Source: an uncultured delta proteobacterium (GTDB lineage Bacteria > Desulfobacterota > Binatia > Binatales > Binataceae). From it: a DNA stretch of 64,000 nt. Positions 49,610-59,532 of this stretch are shown piece after piece (the first letter of the stretch is position 1; each line of letters opens with the position of its first letter). The notes under the pieces were generated by a model. It had not been told where the DNA came from and searched no databases. It saw only the letters and a list, made by a program, of their open reading frames with translations. A program made the translations under genes and the position numbers. The stretch is from assembly GCA_963808235.1 (NCBI GenBank), contig CAWEEQ010000004.1, positions 3,712,001 through 3,776,000 on the forward strand. Reading direction: 5' to 3'.

Positions 49610-50686
49610 TCAGTAGCCCTGCGCTGCGACGCTGGGCTCGGGCGCGAGATCGGCGTAACGCGATGGAGGCGTCCATGGGATGTTGAGCGCGTCGAATTCG
49701 CGCATCAGGGCGTCGACGTCTTTGACGTTAGCGGTCTTCCGGATCAGATCGCGGACCATCAGAGGCCGGTCGGTGAGGCGCTGACGAATCATCGTGCGAA
49801 TTCCGCGCTCGGCCAAATCGTTCACCACCTTGCGCCCGGAAATCGGCTTGCCGTCCAGCGTGAGCAGCGTGCGCGCCTGGATTTCGGACAGCGCGGTGCG
49901 CAGGTACTCGACGTGCGGCGATTCGTCGGAGCGGATATAGCGGACCAGGTTGGCGGCGTCCTCGGGCGCGTCGGAGACTTCGGGATCGGAAAGGATCTCC
50001 TCGGCCCATGCGAACGTCGAGGCGGCGAAGACCTCTATCGCGAGCACGTTGGCCATGAAGCGAATCAGTCGCTCGACCGGCTCGCCGAGCTCGGGGAAAA
50101 GAGCGGCCGGCTGGCCGCCGCGGCGCGCGATGATAGCGGTGTAAATTTCCGGAGAGATAGCGGGATTGGACAGCGCCGCGTCGCGGGCAGCGTCCCACAT
50201 CTGGCGATGACCGCCCTCCTCGGACCATCCCGCCTCGTCGCGCGCATGCGCTTCGAAAAGTCCGGAGCTCAGATGAGCGAGCGCGGTGCCGGCGGTGTCC
50301 TCGCGGATGAAAGTGTTGAGTGGCGGCACGGGCAGCTCGCGGATCATCGCGCCGAAGCCCTCGACGATCGCGATTTCGGAGAGCCATCGCACCATCGGCT
50401 CGCGCACGCCGGAGCGAAGCAGGAATTTTACCTGCGCGACATTAGGCACCTGCGGCGAGACGGTGTCGGCGGGAATCTCGAACAACGCGGTGCCCGAGGT
50501 CGCGACGTGCTGCTCCTGCCACGCCTTGATAGCGGGCACGCGAAACGCGGTCCGCGGCGAGCGATAGTTGCCGTCGGCATCGAAGCCGCCATGGCACTTG
50601 ACGCCCTTGACGACCAGAGCCTCGCGAGTCGAAACGTTGGCAAGAATTTCCTCAGTGGAGAAAGTCAGTTGCGATTCATGCGGCAT
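49610..50686 (-). CDS. Ferritin-like di-iron carboxylate protein
   Basis: IVEGFG, AHARDEAG...GH, IEVFA, RSDESPHVEYL. Confidence 0.7.
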   Translation of the reverse strand: MPHESQLTFSTEEILANVSTREALVVKGVKCHGGFDADGNYRSPRTAFRVPAIKAWQEQHVATSGTALFEIPADTVSPQVPNVAQVKFLLRSGVREPMVRWLSEIAIVEGFGAMIRELPVPPLNTFIREDTAGTALAHLSSGLFEAHARDEAGWSEEGGHRQMWDAARDAALSNPAISPEIYTAIIARRGGQPAALFPELGEPVERLIRFMANVLAIEVFAASTFAWAEEILSDPEVSDAPEDAANLVRYIRSDESPHVEYLRTALSEIQARTLLTLDGKPISGRKVVNDLAERGIRTMIRQRLTDRPLMVRDLIRKTANVKDVDALMREFDALNIPWTPPSRYADLAPEPSVAAQGY

Positions 50687-50754
50687 CGTTCACCTGGATT
50701 CGCTTCGGTTTGATAGCTCCGCGCAAAAGCTCGGGCGGAGAGCGCGTTTACCTG

Positions 50755-50788
50755 CCCTAACATACGTTAGGGACTCAGAATGAGTCAA
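50755..50788 (-). promoter_or_regulatory. Candidate sigma-70 promoter overlapped by two palindromes
   Basis: Minus strand TTGACT-N18-TATGTT; CCCTAAC-N4-GTTAGGG and GACTCA-N3-TGAGTC. Confidence 0.5.
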
Positions 50789-50817
50789 CGCCGTGCGAGA
50801 CGAGGGAGCCCGCGACA

Positions 50818-51033
50818 TTACGCGGGGAAGAAATCTACGGGCTCGCCGTGGTACTGGAGGATTGCGACCAGGCCGGCGATGCCCATCAGCAGGATCACGA
50901 TGCTTGCGATTCGTGCGCGGCGCGGCGTGTACTGCGCTTCCATCGAGGACATGTAAAGCTCCGGCCAGATGATTCCGCAGAGGCCGCCTGCGACGACGAT
51001 TCCCGAGATCAACAATTCTACCGTGCGGGTCAC
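50818..51033 (-). CDS. Small two-TM membrane protein
   Basis: Two hydrophobic helices; 71 aa. Confidence 0.6.
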   Translation of the reverse strand: MTRTVELLISGIVVAGGLCGIIWPELYMSSMEAQYTPRRARIASIVILLMGIAGLVAILQYHGEPVDFFPA

Positions 51034-51119
51034 GTTTGTATTTTAGCCGAAGGCTTGCGACAAATCCTCTGAGGTTGCGTTAATGGTTCCGATGCCAGGG
51101 AGTCGTTGGCATTACTGCA

Positions 51120-53001
51120 ATGGAGCAAGGGACCAGTATCGAAAATAAGTTGGGCTCCAAAGCGCTCGACGAGAAAAGATTCCGCTCCGTCATCAGGCGG
51201 GCGGTCCTGGTGCCATTCATCCTGGTCGCCGTGTTTGCGACTGGAATGCTGTGGGAACTCAACTCCCGCGTCCAGGATGCGGCATGGGTCGACCACACCG
51301 ACCGGGCTATCGGGATCGGGCAGGAAGTCGCATTTGATTTCGCGGACTCGTCGGCCAATATTCGCGGCTACCTGCTGGTAGGCGACGAGTCGATGCTCGC
51401 GGGATTTCAGAATTCATATGCGGAGGCGCAAAAGGACCTCGGAACGCTGAGTGCTTTGGTGCGCGACAATTCGTCCCAGGTCGAGCGGCTTCAGCGCGTC
51501 GTTCGTATCGGCGATGAATGGAAGAGATATGCGGATCAGGAACTCACGTTCAAAAAAACCGAAGGCGACTATCGAACCGTCATACGCTCCGGCGAGACCA
51601 TCAAGCGCATGGCGGAGATTCAGGACGGGCTTTCCAAATTTGCGGCGGCAGAAAACGAGTTGCGCGTGGAGCGCAGCGCGGCCTCGGGACGGGCCGAATT
51701 TTACGCGATAATTTTCCTGAGCGCGGCCTCGCTGGCGATCGGCAGCCTGCTGGCGCTCCTTGCGCGGAGCGACGTCGAGACGGTGGCCGCTATGTTTGGA
51801 ACGGCACTGCAAAATGAGGCGACCGCACGCGCCCAAGCCGAGGCGGCCAGCCACGCCAAGGACGAGTTTCTCGGCACGGTATCGCACGAATTGCGCAACC
51901 CGCTCAATTCCGTGCTGATGTGGGCGCGCGCGCTGCAGGGTGGAGAAGCTAATCCGGACCGGATGAAGCGCGGGTTGGAGGCTATCGAGCGCGGGGCAAG
52001 GTCACAGGCGGAGATGATCGAGGATTTGATCGACACGGCGCGAATCGAGTCCGGAAAGTTGCGGCTCGATGTTCGTCCGCTCGAACGTCGCGCCGCTGAT
52101 CGAGGCGGCAATCGAGACCGTGCTGCCGGCCGCGGAGAGCAAACAGATAAGAATCCAGGCGGTGCTGGATCCTAACACCGGCCGGGTCGCCGGCGACGCG
52201 CAAAGATTGCAGCAGGTGTTCTGGAACCTGCTCTCCAACGCGGTGAAGTTCACACCTAAAGACGGCCGAATCCAGGTGCAGCTCGAGCGGATCAATTCGC
52301 ACCTTGAAGTCTCGGTCAGCGATACCGGACGGGGAATAGAGGCGAGCGAGTTGGGAAGAGTCTTTGACCGCTTTTGGCAGGCCGATACCGCCTCGCAACG
52401 CGACTATCGCGGACTCGGGCTCGGACTGTCGATCACGCGCAACATCCTCGAACTGCACGGCGGGAGCATCAGCGTCAGCAGCGACGGAGTCGGCAAGGGC
52501 GCGGTATTCAGGGTGCGCTTGCCAATCATGATCGCGGCAGAACTGTCGACCTCGCTCCGGCGGCATCCCACGGTAAGCGACAGCGCCAATTTGGTGCCGT
52601 CGACCAGGCTCGACGGCGTATCGGTATTGGCGGTCGACGACGAACGCGATGCGGCATTGGCAGTTCAGGCGCTGCTCGCCGGAATCGGCGCAAATGTGCG
52701 AGTCGCGAATTCGGCCGACGAGGCGCTGACGATATTAAAGGAATGGACACCCGACGTGATCGTTTCCGATATCGGAATGCCGGGTACCGACGGAATCCAG
52801 CTGATGGAGCAGATCCGAAAGAGCAATTCGGAGCGCGGCCGCGAAATTCCAGCATTGGCGCTGACCGCGTACGGCAGAGTGGACGACAAGATCAAAATAA
52901 TCGAGGCGGGATACCAGGCGCATGTGATCAAGCCGGTCGATGCGAGCGAGCTAGCCGCAGTGATCGCAAGCCTCGCCAGCCGGCGAAATCAGAAGGAGTG
53001 A
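51120..53001 (+). CDS. Hybrid sensor histidine kinase (CHASE3, HisKA, HATPase, REC; apparent +1 frameshift near 52084)
   Basis: WVDHT...RGYLL, SHELRNPL, NLLSNAVKFT, GLGLGL, SDIGMPG. Removing one A from CTCGAACGTC gives LDV and joins the two ORFs. Confidence 0.9.
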
Positions 53002-53012
53002 ACTTGATTGTG

Positions 53013-53035
53013 GTGAAACCCGCGGTGGGTTTCAC
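53013..53035 (+). terminator. Hairpin after the sensor kinase
   Basis: GTGAAACCC-N5-GGGTTTCAC. Confidence 0.5.
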
Positions 53036-53044
53036 AACTTCCTT

Positions 53045-53067
53045 CGGCAGGGGTGACCCCTGCACCC
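53045..53067. repeat. REP-like palindromic repeat
   Basis: Identical to 19343-19365. Confidence 0.85.
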
Positions 53068-53154
53068 AATGTTCAGAAAGTTGCTGACTGTATCGCCGGT
53101 CTCGGTCCTTTGCATCCCCGATGCTGCCTTTGTAGCGTAAACTCTTAACGGCCC

Positions 53155-54744
53155 ATGGCTGCGACTCCGAAACCTCCTGTCCCGCAATCGCACGAGGTCC
53201 ACGATTTTACCTCGACGCGTAAGTGGATCATCGCGTTCTCGGTGATGCTCGGTACCGTGCTCGAGGTCCTCGACAGCTCGATCGTAAACGTCTCGCTGCC
53301 GCATATGCAGGGTAGTTTCTCCGCCAGCGTCGACGAGATCGCGTGGGTGGTGACGTCGTACCTGGTCGCCGCGGGAATCATGATCCCGATGACCGGATGG
53401 ATCGCGGAGCGGTTCGGGCGCAAGCGATACTTCGTGGCGTCGATCACGATGTTTATCGTTTCGTCGGCGCTGTGCGGAGTCGCGCAATCGCTCAACCAGA
53501 TCGTCTTCTTCCGCCTGATGCAGGGCGCCGCGGGCGCCGCGATGATGCCGCTGTCGCAGGCGATCCTGATGGAGACTTTTCCGCCCCGCGAGCAGGCGAT
53601 GGCGATGGCGGTGTGGGGAATCGGGATGATGGTCGCGCCGATCATGGGCCCGACGATCGGCGGCTATATCACCGACGCATGGAGCTGGCGCTGGAACTTC
53701 TACATCAACGTGCCGATCGGCACGCTCGCGGCGTTCATGGTGTATCGATTCGTCGACGATCCGAGCTACATGCGCAACCTGCGCCGCGCCCGCGTCGACT
53801 ACCTCGGAATCCTGTGCCTGTTCGTCTCGCTCGGACTCGGTGAGATCGTGCTCGATCGCGGCGAGCGCGCCGACTGGTTCCATAGCCCGTGGGTGGTTTA
53901 CTGCACGGCCACCGCGCTTATCTCGCTGGCGGTACTGATCTATCACGAGCTGCACACCGAAGATCCGGTCGTCGATTTGAGCATCCTCGAGAACATGAAC
54001 TTCACCCTGCCGGTCACGCTGGTGATTTTTCTGACCTTCACGCTCTATGGCACCGCGATCTTGAATCCGGTTTTTCTGCAGGAGACGCTCGGCTACACGG
54101 CGTCGAAGGCGGGACTCGTGATGGCGCCGCGCGGGTTCGGCACCATGTTCGCGATGATCGTGCTCGGTACAATCGCGCGCCGCGGAGGCGATATCCGGCC
54201 GCTGGTCGGAATCGGTTTTATCCTGGTTGGACTCGCTATGTGGCAAATGTCGGGATTGAACCTTGCCTCCGACGTGCGGCGAATCGTGTGGCCGACGGTG
54301 ATTCAAGGGCTCGGCACGGGCCTTATCTTCCCAGGGCTTTCGGCGGCGGCGCTGAGCTCGATGGAGAAGTTCAAGATGGGCCGCGCGGCGAGCCTCTATT
54401 CAGTAACGCGAAACCTGGGCGCCGCGATCGGCACCTCGTATCTGACCACGCTGCTGATACATCGGCAGCAGGTGAATCAGAGCTACCTGGTCGAGCACGT
54501 CACGGTCTTCACGCTGCCGCGGCTGAATATGCCCGGTGCGCGCGGGATGAGCCTCGCGCAGCAATACACGATGGGCGACAAGCACGGGATGATGATGCTT
54601 TACGGGATGGTGCAGCGGCAGGCGATGATGCTGTCGTTCAACGACATCTACCGAATCCTGTGCGTGATGATGCTGCTGCTCGTGCCGACCTTCCTCTTCC
54701 TGAAGCGCGACACGCGCAACCTCCCCGCCGAAGCCGCGCACTGA
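53155..54744 (+). CDS. DHA2 family (EmrB-like) MFS efflux permease
   Basis: EVLDSSIVNVSLP, WVVTSYL, RFGRKR, GPTIGG, FYINVPIG. Confidence 0.93.
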   Translation: MAATPKPPVPQSHEVHDFTSTRKWIIAFSVMLGTVLEVLDSSIVNVSLPHMQGSFSASVDEIAWVVTSYLVAAGIMIPMTGWIAERFGRKRYFVASITMFIVSSALCGVAQSLNQIVFFRLMQGAAGAAMMPLSQAILMETFPPREQAMAMAVWGIGMMVAPIMGPTIGGYITDAWSWRWNFYINVPIGTLAAFMVYRFVDDPSYMRNLRRARVDYLGILCLFVSLGLGEIVLDRGERADWFHSPWVVYCTATALISLAVLIYHELHTEDPVVDLSILENMNFTLPVTLVIFLTFTLYGTAILNPVFLQETLGYTASKAGLVMAPRGFGTMFAMIVLGTIARRGGDIRPLVGIGFILVGLAMWQMSGLNLASDVRRIVWPTVIQGLGTGLIFPGLSAAALSSMEKFKMGRAASLYSVTRNLGAAIGTSYLTTLLIHRQQVNQSYLVEHVTVFTLPRLNMPGARGMSLAQQYTMGDKHGMMMLYGMVQRQAMMLSFNDIYRILCVMMLLLVPTFLFLKRDTRNLPAEAAH

Positions 54745-54758
54745 GACTCGAGGGACTT

Positions 54759-55793
54759 TCAGGCGGCGGCTGATCGCGATTTGGACGGGCGCGATGCGTG
54801 TCCGAAACGCGCGTCGAGGGTAGCCTGCGCTTGGTTCATCACGTCGTGCACGATTTGGCCTGCCGGCTTGACTGAATTGATCAGACCCGCACTCTGCCCG
54901 CATGCCATGCCGCCCTCTTCGATCTTGCCCTCATAGCGCGCTTTTTCGGCGAGCGGAAATCCATATTCGACGGACTGAATCGGGAACGGCTTTATCTCGG
55001 CTTCGCGGCCGACCCACGACTCGGTGAACTTGTTGCGGATGAGGCGGCATGGCTTGCCGCTGTGGCATCGCGTGATCGTGGTGCCTTCTTCGTCGATCTC
55101 GACCACTTTGTTCTTGTAGTTCGGATGCGCGAACGCCTCGACTGATGCGATGAGCCTGCTGCCCATCCAGACTCCCTCTGCGCCGAGCGCGAGTGCCGCC
55201 AGCAGTCCGCGTCCATCGGCGAGGCCGCCCGCTGCCAGCACCGGAACCCGGACCGCGTCGACGATTTGCGGGACCAGCGACATCGTGCCGATTCGTCCGG
55301 TATGCCCGCCCGCCTCATGCCCCTGTGCGATGATCACGTCCACGCCCGACGCTTCGAGGCGCCGCGCCTGCTTCACGTTGCCGCATAGCGACATCACGAC
55401 CACACCGGATTTGTGCGCCTGGCCGATTATTCCGGCGGGATTGCCAAGACCCGAAACGATCACCGGGATGTTCTCTTCGAAGGTGATGTCGATAAGCCTC
55501 CGGACGTTCGAGGCGTAGCTGATCACGGTAGCGCTGTTCGGATCGGCCTTCACTTCGGCAAAAAGAATGTCGACGCCGAACGGGCGCTCGGTCATCGAGC
55601 GGCAGCGCCGGATTTGTTCTTTTAATTCACGCGCGCCCATCGAGCCCGACCCGATACATCCGAGTCCGCCCGCGTTGGAGACTGCGGCGGCGAGTTCCGC
55701 GTGCGCAACAAACCCCATTCCGGCTTGAAAGACTGGATATTTGATTCCGAGCCGCGCGCAGATTGGAGTGTCGAATATCGGATCGAAGTTCAT
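54759..55793 (-). CDS. Nitronate monooxygenase / FabK-like FMN oxidoreductase
   Basis: PVFQAGMG, AAVSNAGGLG, QGHEAGGHTG, AAGGLADGRG. Confidence 0.92.
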   Translation of the reverse strand: MNFDPIFDTPICARLGIKYPVFQAGMGFVAHAELAAAVSNAGGLGCIGSGSMGARELKEQIRRCRSMTERPFGVDILFAEVKADPNSATVISYASNVRRLIDITFEENIPVIVSGLGNPAGIIGQAHKSGVVVMSLCGNVKQARRLEASGVDVIIAQGHEAGGHTGRIGTMSLVPQIVDAVRVPVLAAGGLADGRGLLAALALGAEGVWMGSRLIASVEAFAHPNYKNKVVEIDEEGTTITRCHSGKPCRLIRNKFTESWVGREAEIKPFPIQSVEYGFPLAEKARYEGKIEEGGMACGQSAGLINSVKPAGQIVHDVMNQAQATLDARFGHASRPSKSRSAAA

Positions 55794-56469
55794 TAGACCA
55801 CCTCATTTTGCCGCCCCGACCGGTCGGCATCTTGGGTGAAAAAGCGCACGGGGGCGCGCGGTTGTCAAGTTTGGCGCGAATCTTAATCGGTCGCACACAT
55901 GTTGCCCGACCTCGGTGCGCGCGCTAATTAAGATGCCGTCACCTTGGTACGACAGTATTTGGTCAAGGTAGCAATTGTAGGTCTTTAAACGTCGCGCGAA
56001 TCGCAAAGGCCAAGCTTGGGGTTTGACCTCGGTAACGACGCGCGCTTTTCCATCGAGCCGCTGCTTGGATTGAGTTGTGGTGTGGGGCAGGCGGGCGGGC
56101 GTCACGGATCCTGAGCTGAGCCAGGGCTGGTGGGCTGATCAAAAGAGCCGGTGCGCATGGCGCGAGTTTGTGTTGGCGCTTTTCGATCGAGTAGCCCCGA
56201 AGTCGACGTCGGCGGGCGTCGGCGCTGGCGTTATTATTCAAAGCGCCAGGCGATGCCGGCTGGCAGACGCGCTCACGGTTCTGCCGGTATCGATCTCCCT
56301 TCCGTCTCCTTTCCGCGAATTTCTCACAGTTACAATTTAAAATTCCAAAACTTTGTGGAATGTTCCCCCGTGATCTCGGGCGCTAATGTTTCGCGTCGAT
56401 TCGTGCGTTCTCACGCGCTTCGACACGTGCCATTTCGACCCACACTCGAAGCCTTGGGAGGTTGAGCCT

Positions 56470-57168
56470 GTGCGAAATGGTCCCCTGGTTCATAGACGCG
56501 CTTATGCCTCGCGATTTGCGGGGGGCGCGCCGTCGCCTCTCGAGCGTTTGCAGGCACTGACCGCATTCGGAGCGCCGCGGACATTTTCGCACCGCGCGAG
56601 CAGCGTCCCCGTCGAAGTTGCGGAACCCGAGACGCACCGCCTGCAGCTCGGCAGCCGCCTGCCGATCAACCTGCGTCACTTCCTCGCCGCGGAGCTGGGC
56701 GCCTCGATGCGAATCGAGGACGACTCGATTGTCGCCCTGGTCCCGCGTTCGAGTGAGACCCTTATGCGCGAGCTGGCCCGCGCGATTCGCCGATTTTCGG
56801 CCGAGCGCGCGCGCGAGGTGTGGTGCGAGTGCGCGATGAGCCTGGAGCGTCTCCAGCGCGAGTTCTTTGCGGAGCCGAGCGATGTACGCGGCCCGGTGGT
56901 GTTATGCCTTCGATGCGCCTGCGTGGGCGCCGGTCCGCTCGATCAGCATTGCGGCGCTCGATGCATCGCGGTTCACCTCGGCGCCGAAGTGCGCGCGCAA
57001 CAGCTTGAGGGAAAGTGCGTTGACGGGGCGCTGACGCCCGACGCGCTGCACTGCGCGGTCGAAAATTTCAGGACGCGCCGCGCCGGCGACAGCCTGCCGC
57101 ATTACGATCTCGACTGCTACGTGGCGGGCGGACAGGTTATCTTCACCTGGCGTCCGTTGCAGGCTTAG
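56470..57168 (+). CDS. Cys-rich hypothetical protein
   Basis: GTG start 8 nt after GGAGG; CEC, CLRCAC, HCGARC. Confidence 0.65.
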   Translation: MRNGPLVHRRAYASRFAGGAPSPLERLQALTAFGAPRTFSHRASSVPVEVAEPETHRLQLGSRLPINLRHFLAAELGASMRIEDDSIVALVPRSSETLMRELARAIRRFSAERAREVWCECAMSLERLQREFFAEPSDVRGPVVLCLRCACVGAGPLDQHCGARCIAVHLGAEVRAQQLEGKCVDGALTPDALHCAVENFRTRRAGDSLPHYDLDCYVAGGQVIFTWRPLQA

Positions 57169-57183
57169 GAAGCGGATTCGCTG

Positions 57184-57218
57184 AAAAGAAAACGGGTGCT
57201 TGATTTCTCGAGCACCCG
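57184..57218 (-). terminator. Rho-independent terminator of rpsU
   Basis: CGGGUGCUCGA-GAAA-UCAAGCACCCG followed by UUUUCUUUU. Confidence 0.85.
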
Positions 57219-57241
57219 ATGATGATCAAAATTTTCGATTG

Positions 57242-57439
57242 TTACATCGCGGAGGCGCGACGGCGGCGCTGTTCCTTGCGGCGGCGGCGCTGGGCCTCGG
57301 ACCGCTTGCGTTTGCGCCGCACGCTGGGCTTCTCGTAAAAGGCCCGCTTCTTCATCTCTTTGAAGACGCCCTCCTTGGCCAGCTTGCGTTTGAGCACTCG
57401 CATCGCCTGATCAAGAGAGCCTTCGACCCGTATTTCCAT
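57242..57439 (-). CDS. rpsU: 30S ribosomal protein S21
   Basis: MEIRVEGSLDQAMRVLKRKLAKEGVFKEMKKRAFYEKPS; RBS GGAGG. Confidence 0.96.
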   Translation of the reverse strand: MEIRVEGSLDQAMRVLKRKLAKEGVFKEMKKRAFYEKPSVRRKRKRSEAQRRRRKEQRRRRASAM

Positions 57440-57564
57440 AGTCCTCCGTCGCCGGTCCAAAGTCCGTACGATGATTAGCCTACCGAGTCTAGGTCCGCCG
57501 ATAGTGAGAGTCAACCGGCGACCGCGTTTGAGGAAGCGCCGCAGTTCCATATAGATCGTCTGCA

Positions 57565-57954
57565 ATGAGGCTCAGCCACGTAATCGCGCTCGCGGTGGTG
57601 GGCTGGTGCTTGTTTTGTGGCACGCCAACAAGAACGCAAAGTAGCGCGATCCCCGATTCCGGTATTCGGGGCGTCGCAGGTTGTCCGCCGAGTTGGGGTA
57701 ATGCGCCGGCAGGGGATCCGACCTTCAAATGTGGTGGGATCGTCGAGTCTGAGACCGGTAAGGATATCGGGGAAATTACTTGCCATGTGCTGACCGCGGG
57801 CTTTTCCGTACCGCTACCTCCCGGAAAATATGTCGTTCACCTGCAAGCCGGAAATGAGACTCGAACCGGAAGCGTGGTCGTGGAAGAACACAAATGGACG
57901 GACATTGAGCCTTGGTCCAAGGTCTGTCGACCTCTTCCGGGACAGCCTATTTAG
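57565..57954 (+). CDS. Exported hypothetical protein (carboxypeptidase-regulatory-like fold possible)
   Basis: Signal-like HVIALAVVGW; FSVPLPPGKYVV. Confidence 0.6.
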   Translation: MRLSHVIALAVVGWCLFCGTPTRTQSSAIPDSGIRGVAGCPPSWGNAPAGDPTFKCGGIVESETGKDIGEITCHVLTAGFSVPLPPGKYVVHLQAGNETRTGSVVVEEHKWTDIEPWSKVCRPLPGQPI

Positions 57955-58124
57955 CCGGGCAAATTAAGCCTCTTCAAGTTTCAATAACGCCAGCGATCGA
58001 AGAAGTGGCCGGCGGACACTGGCTCGTTTTGGAGGTCATCTGCCGATCTCGCAACTCTTCCTCATGCGCATAACGCGCTTTTGGAATCGAGATCGTCGCG
58101 GGAGGTGACCCTACACTGTAATAA

Positions 58125-58703
58125 CTATGTCCGGTTGGCGTAGGTTGGCGACTTCTTGATTGCTTCGAAGACGAAGTAAGAATCGATTTCATGCACGCGC
58201 GCGCCGCCGAAGATGCTGCGGAGTTTGTTCTCGTACCAGGTCCGGCGTTTTGTCACGAGGTACATCGCGCCGCCAAGCTCAAGGCGGTTGAATCCTTTCT
58301 CGATGAAGTGCTTCGGTACCGAGAAGTCCACGTGATACGGCGGGTTGCAGATGATTTTGGTGAAGTTGGTCTCACGTAGATCGCGGAATCCGTCGCTCAG
58401 GACGACGTTCGCGCCGTCGATACCGTTGAGCGCGAGGTTTTTCGCGGCGTACTCTATTGCAGTTCGATCGTTGTCGAGCATCCATACAAGGTCGCCTCCG
58501 ATCACCTTCGCCGCGTAGATTCCGACCAGGCCGTAACCGCATCCGAGGTCGAGGATCTTGTCGCTTGGTTCAAACTTGATGCGGGACAGCATCGCGAGCG
58601 TGCCCTGATCCGGCTTCTTCGGCGAGAACAGGCTCGGTTCCGTTTCGAAGCGTAGCTCGATGCCGGCGACATTGGCGTGGATCATGGATTTGCTATTCTG
58701 CAC
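58125..58703 (-). CDS. RsmC-like class I SAM methyltransferase
   Basis: LFS...DQGT, LDLGCGYG, CNPPYH. Confidence 0.9.
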   Translation of the reverse strand: MQNSKSMIHANVAGIELRFETEPSLFSPKKPDQGTLAMLSRIKFEPSDKILDLGCGYGLVGIYAAKVIGGDLVWMLDNDRTAIEYAAKNLALNGIDGANVVLSDGFRDLRETNFTKIICNPPYHVDFSVPKHFIEKGFNRLELGGAMYLVTKRRTWYENKLRSIFGGARVHEIDSYFVFEAIKKSPTYANRT

Positions 58704-58752
58704 GATCGGCTAATCGTATAAATCGATCTCTGTGGCGGAAAGGAGCATCGAG

Positions 58753-59532
58753 ATGGATTTGGGACTGCAAAATAAAGTCGCGCTAGTCACCGGCGCCAGC
58801 CGCGGTCTCGGCCGCGCGATGGCGCATGCGCTCGCCGACGAAGGAATGTCCGTGAGCATATGCGCTCGCACCGAGCAGACCTTGACCGAGGCGGTCGCGG
58901 CGATCGCGAAGTCCGGATCGATGGCGCGGCCTGCGATGGGAATCGTCGCCGATATCACCAAGCTTGCGGACGCGCAGAAATGGATCGATGAATCGGTCAA
59001 GCGATTCGGAGGAATCGACGTGTTGGTCAACAACGCGGGTGGCGCACAGCCGGGCGCGCTCGCCGAGCTGCCCGAATCGGCATGGCAAGAGCAATTCGAT
59101 CTGAACTTGTTTGCGCCAGTCAGGCTCGCGCGTCTATCCGCGCCGCACATGGAACGACGCGGCGGCGGTTCGATCATCAATATCGGATCGATCTACGGAC
59201 GCGAGTCGGGCGGGCCGCTGACCTACAACGCTTCCAAGGCTGCGCTGCATTCATTCACCAAGATGCTCGCGCGGGAGTTCGCGCCCAAAAATATCCGCGT
59301 CAACACAATCGCGCCCGGCTCGATTCTGACGGCGGGCGGCAACTGGGAGCGCCGCTTCCGCGAAGATCCGGCCTTCGAGAAAGACTTCATCCTCCACGAG
59401 ATGCCGGCCGGCCGGCTCGGCCGCCCCGAGGAAGTCGCGTATGCGGTTGTGATGCTCGCGTCGCCGCGCGCGAGCTGGATCACCGGCGCTAATATCCCGG
59501 TGGACGGCGCGCAGAGTCGTTCGATTCTTTGA
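58753..59532 (+). CDS. Short-chain dehydrogenase/reductase
   Basis: TGASRGLG, VNNAG, YNASK, IPVDG. Confidence 0.94.
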   Translation: MDLGLQNKVALVTGASRGLGRAMAHALADEGMSVSICARTEQTLTEAVAAIAKSGSMARPAMGIVADITKLADAQKWIDESVKRFGGIDVLVNNAGGAQPGALAELPESAWQEQFDLNLFAPVRLARLSAPHMERRGGGSIINIGSIYGRESGGPLTYNASKAALHSFTKMLAREFAPKNIRVNTIAPGSILTAGGNWERRFREDPAFEKDFILHEMPAGRLGRPEEVAYAVVMLASPRASWITGANIPVDGAQSRSIL

